Positions 13,739-20,791 of a DNA stretch of 32,000 bases are shown here, one piece after another. Made by a program: the position numbers and the translations under genes. The stretch is from Mycobacterium tuberculosis H37Rv (GTDB lineage Bacteria > Actinomycetota > Actinomycetes > Mycobacteriales > Mycobacteriaceae): assembly GCF_000195955.2 (NCBI RefSeq), contig NC_000962.3, forward strand, positions 4,260,001-4,292,000. The letters are read 5' to 3'. Numbering within the stretch: position 1 is the first letter of the stretch; every line of letters starts with the position of its first letter. The notes under the pieces are model-generated. The model did not search any database and was not told the DNA's origin. It was given only the letters and a program-made list of their open reading frames with translations.

Positions 13739-14593
13739 GTGCCGAACCGACGCCGACGCAAGCTCTCGACAGCCATGAGCGCGGTCGCCGCCCTGGCAGT
13801 TGCAAGTCCTTGTGCATATTTTCTTGTCTACGAATCAACCGAAACGACCGAGCGGCCCGAGCACCATGAATTCAAGCAGGCGGCGGTGTTGACCGACCTG
13901 CCCGGCGAGCTGATGTCCGCGCTATCGCAGGGGTTGTCCCAGTTCGGGATCAACATACCGCCGGTGCCCAGCCTGACCGGGAGCGGCGATGCCAGCACGG
14001 GTCTAACCGGTCCTGGCCTGACTAGTCCGGGATTGACCAGCCCGGGATTGACCAGCCCGGGCCTCACCGACCCTGCCCTTACCAGTCCGGGCCTGACGCC
14101 AACCCTGCCCGGATCACTCGCCGCGCCCGGCACCACCCTGGCGCCAACGCCCGGCGTGGGGGCCAATCCGGCGCTCACCAACCCCGCGCTGACCAGCCCG
14201 ACCGGGGCGACGCCGGGATTGACCAGCCCGACGGGTTTGGATCCCGCGCTGGGCGGCGCCAACGAAATCCCGATTACGACGCCGGTCGGATTGGATCCCG
14301 GGGCTGACGGCACCTATCCGATCCTCGGTGATCCAACACTGGGGACCATACCGAGCAGCCCCGCCACCACCTCCACCGGCGGCGGCGGTCTCGTCAACGA
14401 CGTGATGCAGGTGGCCAACGAGTTGGGCGCCAGTCAGGCTATCGACCTGCTAAAAGGTGTGCTAATGCCGTCGATCATGCAGGCCGTCCAGAATGGCGGC
14501 GCGGCCGCGCCGGCAGCCAGCCCGCCGGTCCCGCCCATCCCCGCGGCCGCGGCGGTGCCACCGACGGACCCAATCACCGTGCCGGTCGCCTAA
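13739..14593 (+). CDS. erp: Exported repetitive protein Erp / PirG (cell-surface virulence factor)
   Basis: GTG start with GAGGAG 6-11 nt upstream. It reads (V)PNRRRRKLSTAMSAVAALAVASPCAYF (signal peptide), then central PGLTS repeats and a hydrophobic C-terminus, 284 aa in total. The ORF-track start at 13517 is an upstream extension. Confidence 0.93.
   Translation: MPNRRRRKLSTAMSAVAALAVASPCAYFLVYESTETTERPEHHEFKQAAVLTDLPGELMSALSQGLSQFGINIPPVPSLTGSGDASTGLTGPGLTSPGLTSPGLTSPGLTDPALTSPGLTPTLPGSLAAPGTTLAPTPGVGANPALTNPALTSPTGATPGLTSPTGLDPALGGANEIPITTPVGLDPGADGTYPILGDPTLGTIPSSPATTSTGGGGLVNDVMQVANELGASQAIDLLKGVLMPSIMQAVQNGGAAAPAASPPVPPIPAAAAVPPTDPITVPVA
14000..14250 (+). repeat. In-frame 15-nt tandem repeats encoding P(G/A)LTS pentapeptides within erp
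   Basis: GLTGP GLTSP GLTSP GLTSP GLTDP ALTSP GLTPT (14000-14104), followed by a second degenerate block (PALTNPALTSPTGATPGLTSPTGLDPALGG) ending around 14250. Confidence 0.9.
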
Positions 14594-14797
14594 GCCCCGG
14601 GTCGGCCGAAAACGCACCCGCGGCCAAGGCGTCGGTCATTGCTTCGGCCCGTCACAATTACTCGCCTAAGGGTCGCTAGGTGTTCTCGAGAGTTTTATCG
14701 CACCGATTCCGTGTCGTCTCATTAATACCAATAGAAACACACGTAACATCAGCTGGTGCCGTCCCGCACCCGCGCGCCGACGACGCTGCTCACCGCG

Positions 14798-16417
14798 ATG
14801 GCAGCGACCGTCGTCATCGTCGCGTGGATAGCGAATCGTCCACCCGCCAGCTCCCATGAACCATCGCCGACGCCCAACACCCAGCTCGCCGAGCAGCCAC
14901 TGATCGGGCTCGGCGGCGGCGTCACGGTACGCGAACTCACCCAGGACACACCGTTTTCATTGGTGGCGTTGACTGGCGACCTGGCCGGTACCTCCGCTCG
15001 TGTGCGCGCCAAGCGCCCGGACGGTGACTGGGGGCCGTGGTATCAGACCGAGTATGAAACCGAACCACGCGATCCGGCGGGCACCGACGGGTCCGTGGAA
15101 CTTGGAGGACTCAATCCGGGTCCCCGTAGCACCGATCCGGTGTTCGTGGGCACCACCACCACCGTGCAGGTCGCGGTGACTCGCCCGATCGACGCACCGA
15201 TAACTCAACCGCCGGCGGGGCGGCCGCCCAACGACTTGCTCGACAGCGGTTTGGGATACCGTCCAGCCACCAAGGAACAGCCATTCGGGCAGAACATCTC
15301 CGCGATCCTGATCTCGCCGCCGCAAGCGCCGCCCGGAACGCAGTGGACGCCACCAACCGCAGTCACCATGGCAGGCCAGCCGCCGGCCATCATCAGCCGG
15401 GCGGAATGGGGCGCAGACGAGTCACTGCGATGCGAAACACCGGAGTACGACAGGGGGGTTCGTGCCGCGGTGGTCCACCACACCGCGGGGAGCAACGACT
15501 ACTCTCCGCTGGAGTCCGCCGGCATAGTCAAAGCCATCTACACTTACCACAGCAAGACCCTGGGCTGGTGTGACATCGCGTACAACGCCCTCGTCGACAA
15601 GTACGGCCAGGTGTTCGAGGGTAGCGCCGGCGGCCTCACCAAGCCGGTCGAAGGGTTCCACACCGGCGGATTCAACCGCAACACCTGGGGGGTTGCCATG
15701 ATCGGCAACTTCGACGATGTGGCCCCCACGCCGATCCAGATCCGAACCGTCGGCCGGCTGCTCGGCTGGCGGCTGGGCATGGACGACGTCGATCCCAGGA
15801 GCATGGTGGATCTGCAGTCAGCGGGTAGCTCGTACACCACGTTTCCGGGTGGCGCCATAGCGCGATTGCCCGCCATCTTCACCCATCGCGACGTCGGCAA
15901 CACCGACTGTCCGGGCAACGCCGCCTACGCTGTGATGGACGAGATCCGGGACATCGCAGCACATTTCAACGACCCGCCGGAGGAGCTGATCAAGGCGCTG
16001 GAAGGCGGCGCGATCTATCAGCGCTGGCAGGCGTTGGGCGGCATGAACAGCGCGCTGGGTGCACCGACCTCGCCGGAGGCCGACGCCGCGGATGGGGCGC
16101 GGTATGCAACCTTCGCTAAGGGCGCCATGTATTGGTCGCCGGTGACCGACGCTCAGCCGATCACGGGGGCAATCTATGAGGCCTGGGCTTCGCAGAGCTA
16201 CGAACGCGGCCCGCTGGGACTGCCGACCAGCGCGGAGATCCAGGAGCCGCTGCAGATCACGCAGAACTTTCAACACGGAACCTTGAACTTCGAGCGCCTC
16301 ACCGGCAATGTCACCGAAGTCGTCGACGGGATCACGACGCCACTGGCGACGCGGCCCCCGAGCGGCCCGACGGTGCCGCCCGAACACTTCACGCTGCCAA
16401 CGCATCCGATCACCTGA
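14798..16417 (+). CDS. csp: Secreted/cell-surface protein Csp (Rv3811): N-acetylmuramoyl-L-alanine amidase-like (PGRP/amidase_2) domain plus C-terminal LGFP repeats
   Basis: Central region: RAEWGADE...AVVHHTAGSNDY...WCDIAYNALVDKYGQVFEG...HRDVGNTDCPG (amidase_2/PGRP signature). Two C-terminal LGFP-type repeats follow (AIYQRWQALGG..LGAPTSPE / AIYEAWASQSYERGPLGLPTSAE). The 539-aa form starts at ATG 14798. The upstream GTG at 14756 adds MPSRTRAPTTLLTA and gives a better basic n-region. Confidence 0.85.
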   Translation: MAATVVIVAWIANRPPASSHEPSPTPNTQLAEQPLIGLGGGVTVRELTQDTPFSLVALTGDLAGTSARVRAKRPDGDWGPWYQTEYETEPRDPAGTDGSVELGGLNPGPRSTDPVFVGTTTTVQVAVTRPIDAPITQPPAGRPPNDLLDSGLGYRPATKEQPFGQNISAILISPPQAPPGTQWTPPTAVTMAGQPPAIISRAEWGADESLRCETPEYDRGVRAAVVHHTAGSNDYSPLESAGIVKAIYTYHSKTLGWCDIAYNALVDKYGQVFEGSAGGLTKPVEGFHTGGFNRNTWGVAMIGNFDDVAPTPIQIRTVGRLLGWRLGMDDVDPRSMVDLQSAGSSYTTFPGGAIARLPAIFTHRDVGNTDCPGNAAYAVMDEIRDIAAHFNDPPEELIKALEGGAIYQRWQALGGMNSALGAPTSPEADAADGARYATFAKGAMYWSPVTDAQPITGAIYEAWASQSYERGPLGLPTSAEIQEPLQITQNFQHGTLNFERLTGNVTEVVDGITTPLATRPPSGPTVPPEHFTLPTHPIT

Positions 16418-16424
16418 GTCGCGG

Positions 16425-16464
16425 GTGTGCACTATTCACATTATGTGTGTGCACTTTTCACATT
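16425..16464. promoter_or_regulatory. Tandem direct repeat (18 nt x2, 22-nt period) with CRP/FNR-like half sites, upstream of PE_PGRS62
   Basis: GTGTGCACTATTCACATT (16425-16442) and GTGTGCACTTTTCACATT (16447-16464) match at 17/18 positions. Each contains GTG-N9-CACA with a perfect TCACA right half-site and an internal GTGCAC palindrome. Confidence 0.35.
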
Positions 16465-16570
16465 CTGGCTTTTGCGGCGCGGAATCGCCGGCGCATAGAC
16501 ACCCTGTGCCATTAGGCTCCATTTGCCGGGCTGATCACCGGGTCGCCGCAGGCCAGTCGAGAGGAACAAC

Positions 16571-18085
16571 GTGTCGTTCGTGGTCACAGTGCCGGAGGCC
16601 GTGGCGGCTGCGGCGGGGGATTTGGCGGCCATCGGCTCGACGCTTCGGGAAGCGACCGCTGCGGCGGCGGGCCCCACGACCGGGCTGGCGGCCGCGGCCG
16701 CCGACGACGTGTCGATCGCTGTCTCGCAGCTGTTCGGCAGGTACGGCCAGGAATTTCAAACCGTGAGCAACCAACTGGCCGCGTTTCATACCGAGTTCGT
16801 ACGCACGTTGAACCGCGGCGCGGCGGCGTATCTCAACACCGAAAGCGCTAACGGCGGGCAGCTGTTCGGTCAGATCGAGGCGGGACAGCGCGCCGTTTCC
16901 GCGGCCGCGGCCGCCGCTCCGGGCGGCGCATACGGCCAACTCGTTGCCAACACGGCCACCAACCTGGAATCCCTCTACGGCGCATGGTCGGCCAACCCGT
17001 TCCCATTCCTCCGCCAGATCATCGCCAACCAGCAGGTTTACTGGCAGCAGATCGCCGCGGCGCTCGCCAACGCCGTCCAGAACTTCCCCGCCCTGGTGGC
17101 GAATTTGCCAGCGGCCATCGACGCGGCCGTCCAGCAATTCCTGGCCTTCAACGCGGCGTACTACATCCAACAGATTATTAGCTCGCAGATCGGCTTCGCC
17201 CAGCTATTCGCCACGACGGTCGGTCAGGGGGTCACCAGCGTCATTGCCGGGTGGCCCAACCTTGCGGCGGAGCTTCAGCTAGCGTTTCAACAGCTTCTGG
17301 TGGGTGACTACAACGCCGCGGTGGCGAACCTGGGTAAGGCCATGACAAACCTTCTGGTCACCGGGTTCGACACCAGCGACGTGACGATCGGCACAATGGG
17401 CACCACCATTAGTGTCACCGCGAAACCCAAGCTGCTGGGCCCGCTGGGAGATCTGTTCACCATCATGACCATCCCGGCACAAGAGGCGCAGTACTTCACC
17501 AACCTGATGCCCCCCTCCATCCTGCGAGACATGTCGCAGAACTTCACCAACGTGCTCACGACGCTCTCCAACCCGAACATCCAGGCGGTCGCTTCGTTCG
17601 ATATCGCAACCACCGCCGGGACTTTGAGCACCTTCTTCGGGGTGCCATTGGTGCTCACTTACGCCACATTGGGTGCGCCGTTCGCGTCACTGAACGCGAT
17701 TGCGACGAGCGCGGAAACCATCGAGCAGGCCCTGTTGGCCGGCAACTACCTAGGGGCGGTGGGTGCGCTTATCGACGCCCCGGCCCACGCGTTAGACGGC
17801 TTCCTCAACAGCGCAACCGTGTTGGATACGCCGATCCTGGTGCCCACGGGGCTCCCGTCCCCTCTGCCCCCGACGGTCGGGATCACGCTGCACTTGCCTT
17901 TCGACGGGATTCTCGTGCCGCCGCATCCCGTCACCGCGACGATCAGCTTCCCGGGTGCTCCGGTTCCTATTCCCGGTTTCCCAACCACCGTAACCGTTTT
18001 CGGCACACCCTTCATGGGAATGGCTCCGCTGCTGATCAACTACATTCCCCAACAGCTCGCCCTGGCAATCAAACCGGCGGCTTAG
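16571..18085 (+). CDS. PE_PGRS62: PE-family protein (annotated PE_PGRS62) with an atypical, non-PGRS C-terminal domain
   Basis: GTG start with GAGAGGAA upstream. The N-terminal PE domain reads MSFVVTVPEAVAAAAGDLAAIGSTLREATAAAAGPTTGLAAAAADDVSIAVSQLF. Total length is 504 aa. The C-terminal ~400 aa are rich in Ala/Leu/Thr/Pro and lack GGAGGX repeats. Confidence 0.92.
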   Translation: MSFVVTVPEAVAAAAGDLAAIGSTLREATAAAAGPTTGLAAAAADDVSIAVSQLFGRYGQEFQTVSNQLAAFHTEFVRTLNRGAAAYLNTESANGGQLFGQIEAGQRAVSAAAAAAPGGAYGQLVANTATNLESLYGAWSANPFPFLRQIIANQQVYWQQIAAALANAVQNFPALVANLPAAIDAAVQQFLAFNAAYYIQQIISSQIGFAQLFATTVGQGVTSVIAGWPNLAAELQLAFQQLLVGDYNAAVANLGKAMTNLLVTGFDTSDVTIGTMGTTISVTAKPKLLGPLGDLFTIMTIPAQEAQYFTNLMPPSILRDMSQNFTNVLTTLSNPNIQAVASFDIATTAGTLSTFFGVPLVLTYATLGAPFASLNAIATSAETIEQALLAGNYLGAVGALIDAPAHALDGFLNSATVLDTPILVPTGLPSPLPPTVGITLHLPFDGILVPPHPVTATISFPGAPVPIPGFPTTVTVFGTPFMGMAPLLINYIPQQLALAIKPAA

Positions 18086-18367
18086 CGCGGCGTGGCCCGT
18101 TGGTTGGTGTCGTAGGTTGCCATGCCAAGCTCCAACCATGCGGTTAGCAGCCGCTGATCTGCCGCCGCGGCCACAACCTCGTCGTCATCGAGTTGCTCGG
18201 CCGATGCGCAGTGCACCGCGTCGTAGCCACGCATGGGCCAGGTCAGCCGCGCGGGTCACGACCTGCTCATCCACCTCGATGGCGTCCATCTCGGACCACA
18301 TCTGGTCACGGTTCGCCCGTCGCGAATCTGCGCGAGGGGCCGGCTCAGTCACGCACTCCCGAGCCAC
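18082..18367 (-). pseudogene. Degenerate PIN-domain (VapC-like) toxin remnant: N-terminally truncated and frameshifted
   Basis: Two adjacent minus-strand frames, offset by 1 nt. Frame 18367->18185 reads ...SRRANRDQMWSEMDAIEVDEQVVTRAADLAHAW.... Frame 18234->18082 reads MRGYDAVHCASAEQLDDDEVVAAAADQRLLTAWLELGMATYDTNQRATPR*. Joined, they resemble the C-terminal two-thirds of a PIN/VapC protein (an hRGYDAVHxAsA motif, then xxDxRLL). There is no N-terminal part and no antitoxin ORF. Confidence 0.45.
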
Positions 18368-18393
18368 AAAGGCGCCGGGTCACGTGGGCCATG

Positions 18394-19215
18394 CTAGGAC
18401 CACCAGCGCTCCAGCACCCGCGCGACGCCGTCCTCGCTATTGGGTGCAGTGACCTCGTCGGCGACGGCCAGCGCGTCGGGATGCGCGTTACCCATCGCCA
18501 CACCCAAACCGGCCCGCAGCAGCATCGGCACGTCGTTGGGCATGTCGCCGAACGCCACCACCTCCGCGTCGGAAATTCCAAGCGGCCGGGCAATCTCGTC
18601 GACACCGGTGGCCTTGCTGATACCGAGCGGCACGATCTCCACCAGCCCGTTATTGGTCGAGTAGGTGATATCGCCCTCGAAACCGACATGCTTAGCCAGT
18701 TCGGCGGCCATGTCGGCACTGGCAGCACCGGCTTTACGGATCAGCAGTTTGATCGCCGGCGCGCTGAGCAGGTGGTCGATCGACACTTCGGTGTTGTCCG
18801 GATTCAGCCACGCATGCTCGTAGCCCGGCGAGCTGACGAACTGGGGGGTCGCCGTGTCGTGTGCGCGCTCGCCGATCCGCTCGACCGCCAGTCCCGCACC
18901 CGGTATGACGCGGGTCGCAACTTCGGCCAACGTTGCCAGGGCGTCGACGGGCAGGGTGCGCACCGACATCACCCGATCGGTCCCGGGGTCGTAGATGACG
19001 GCGCCGTTGGCGCACACCGCCATCGGCGCGAAGCCGAGGGCATCGACGATGGGTCGCACCCAGCGCGGCGGCCGGCCGGTGGCCAGGATGAAGTGCGTGC
19101 CGGCGTCTACCGCGGCATGCACCGCGTCGCGAGTGCGTTTGGTGACGGTTTCTCCGTCATCGAGCAGGGTTCCGTCGACGTCACACGCGACGAGCGCCGG
19201 CACAGTCGGTTTCAA
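18394..19215 (-). CDS. HAD-superfamily (Cof-type) phosphatase, Rv3813c, function unknown
   Basis: 273-aa ORF with the HAD motif I ACDVDGTLLD near the N-terminus and FGDMPNDVPML (motif IV). The ORF-track start is TTG, and the start codon is uncertain (a GTG lies 4 codons downstream). Confidence 0.85.
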   Translation of the reverse strand: MKPTVPALVACDVDGTLLDDGETVTKRTRDAVHAAVDAGTHFILATGRPPRWVRPIVDALGFAPMAVCANGAVIYDPGTDRVMSVRTLPVDALATLAEVATRVIPGAGLAVERIGERAHDTATPQFVSSPGYEHAWLNPDNTEVSIDHLLSAPAIKLLIRKAGAASADMAAELAKHVGFEGDITYSTNNGLVEIVPLGISKATGVDEIARPLGISDAEVVAFGDMPNDVPMLLRAGLGVAMGNAHPDALAVADEVTAPNSEDGVARVLERWWS

Positions 19216-19229
19216 AGTTGGCTGGCTTG

Positions 19230-20015
19230 TCAGTGCGGGCCGACTTGGCTGCGCCGTGATGAGGTCACGCCGTCGTATCCGCGCTTTTGCCGCCGCTTCG
19301 CCAATTCAGCGATTCTGAGCTGCCTGGACTCCTCCACCGTCGGCGCGCCGCCGCCCAGCCGCCGCGGCACCCAGTGCTCCCCCTTGGGATGTGGATACTC
19401 CTCCTGTACGCGGTAGAGAATCGCATTCATCGCTTGGCGCAGCACGGCATTGAGCTGCTCGGCATTGCCCTCCGGCCGCACCGGCGATCCGATCGCCGCG
19501 ACGATCGGAATCTTGTTGCGGAACAGGTTCTTTGGATGATCCTTGGGCCAGATCCGGTGCGCGCCCCAGACGATCATGGGAATAATCGGCACCTGCGCCT
19601 CCAGCGCCATCCGGGCCGCTCCGGTCTTGAACTCGCGCAGTTCGAGGCTGCGGCTGATAGTCGCCTCCGGGTGTAACCCAACGAGTTCCCCGGCCCGCAA
19701 CCGCTGCACTGCCACCGCGTACGCATCGGCCCCCACACTGCGATCCACCGGGATGAGCTGGGCATGCTTGATCACGTAGTTGACCGCCCGTACGTCTTGC
19801 ATCTCGGCCTTGATCATGAACCGCAGCCGCCGCCGCCGATGGTGGGCGGCGATCGATGCCGGAACCCAGTCCACGTAGCTCGTGTGATTGAGTGCGATCA
19901 ACGCGCCGCCACGTTCGGGGATGTTCTCCAGGCCTTCGAATGTGATCTTGTTTCCGTTGGCCGCGACGATCGACGGAACAAGAATCTCCATCATCCGGAA
20001 GAACGGCTCAGCCAT
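19230..20015 (-). CDS. PlsC/LPLAT-family acyltransferase (Rv3814c), paralogue 3 of 3
   Basis: 261 aa with the H(x4)D motif NHTSYVDW, then PEATISRS and FKTGAARMA blocks. GAAGGAG is upstream of the ATG. Confidence 0.9.
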   Translation of the reverse strand: MAEPFFRMMEILVPSIVAANGNKITFEGLENIPERGGALIALNHTSYVDWVPASIAAHHRRRRLRFMIKAEMQDVRAVNYVIKHAQLIPVDRSVGADAYAVAVQRLRAGELVGLHPEATISRSLELREFKTGAARMALEAQVPIIPMIVWGAHRIWPKDHPKNLFRNKIPIVAAIGSPVRPEGNAEQLNAVLRQAMNAILYRVQEEYPHPKGEHWVPRRLGGGAPTVEESRQLRIAELAKRRQKRGYDGVTSSRRSQVGPH

Positions 20016-20032
20016 GTATTCTCCTTCACCTC

Positions 20033-20788
20033 TTACCGCGATTCATGCGGTGTCCGGCTAGCGGCCCTTGCCGCCGCCTCGTCAGCCTCCATCCGTGCCG
20101 CCTCGGCCAGCGTTGGCGCGCCGCCGCCGAGTCGGCGGGGCACCCAGTACGCCCCAGCCGGATGCGGATACCGCTCCTGCGCTTGCCACAGCAGCGCGGT
20201 CATCGACTCACGCAGCGCCGCGTTGGTCTGTTCGATGCCTGCCGCGGCCCGCAGCGGCCGACCCACCTGTACCGTGACCGGCACCTTGGCGCGTCCTATC
20301 TGCCTGGGATGGTCCTTGGTCCAGATCCGCTGAGCACCCCAGACAACGACGGGCACAATCGGGACATCCGCTTCCGCGGCCATTCGGGCGGCCCCCGTCT
20401 TGAACCCTTTGAGCTCGAAGCTACGGCTGATGGTGGCCTCCGGGTAGACCCCGACCAGTTCCCCTTCGCGCAGCCGCTGCACCGCCACCGCATAGGCGCT
20501 ACCGCCGGCGCCCCGGTCCACCGGAATGGTCCGGGTGTGCCTGATCAGGAAGTTGACCAACCGCACCCGTTGCATCTCGGCCTTGATCATGAACCTCATC
20601 CGGCGACGCCGACGATGCATGGCCAACGCGGCCGGCAGCCAATCGACATAGCTGGTGTGATTGATAGCGACCACGGCGCCGCCTTGGTCGGGCACATTCT
20701 CCTCGCCGACGTAGGTGATCCGGGTTCCGGTGGCCAGCACCAGCAACTGGGCCAGGATCTCTAAGACGCGATAGGTCGGCTCCGCCAT
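20033..20788 (-). CDS. PlsC/LPLAT-family acyltransferase (Rv3815c), paralogue 2 of 3
   Basis: 251 aa with NHTSYVDW, YPEATISRS and FKTGAARMA. It is colinear with Rv3814c over its whole length. Confidence 0.9.
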   Translation of the reverse strand: MAEPTYRVLEILAQLLVLATGTRITYVGEENVPDQGGAVVAINHTSYVDWLPAALAMHRRRRRMRFMIKAEMQRVRLVNFLIRHTRTIPVDRGAGGSAYAVAVQRLREGELVGVYPEATISRSFELKGFKTGAARMAAEADVPIVPVVVWGAQRIWTKDHPRQIGRAKVPVTVQVGRPLRAAAGIEQTNAALRESMTALLWQAQERYPHPAGAYWVPRRLGGGAPTLAEAARMEADEAAARAASRTPHESR

Positions 20789-20791
20789 CGG

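Noticed and set aside
18193-19416. 407-aa plus-strand ORF antisense to Rv3813c and Rv3814c
   Set aside because: It is antisense to genes with clear HAD and HX4D motifs, and its composition is Arg/Gly/Pro/His-rich noise.
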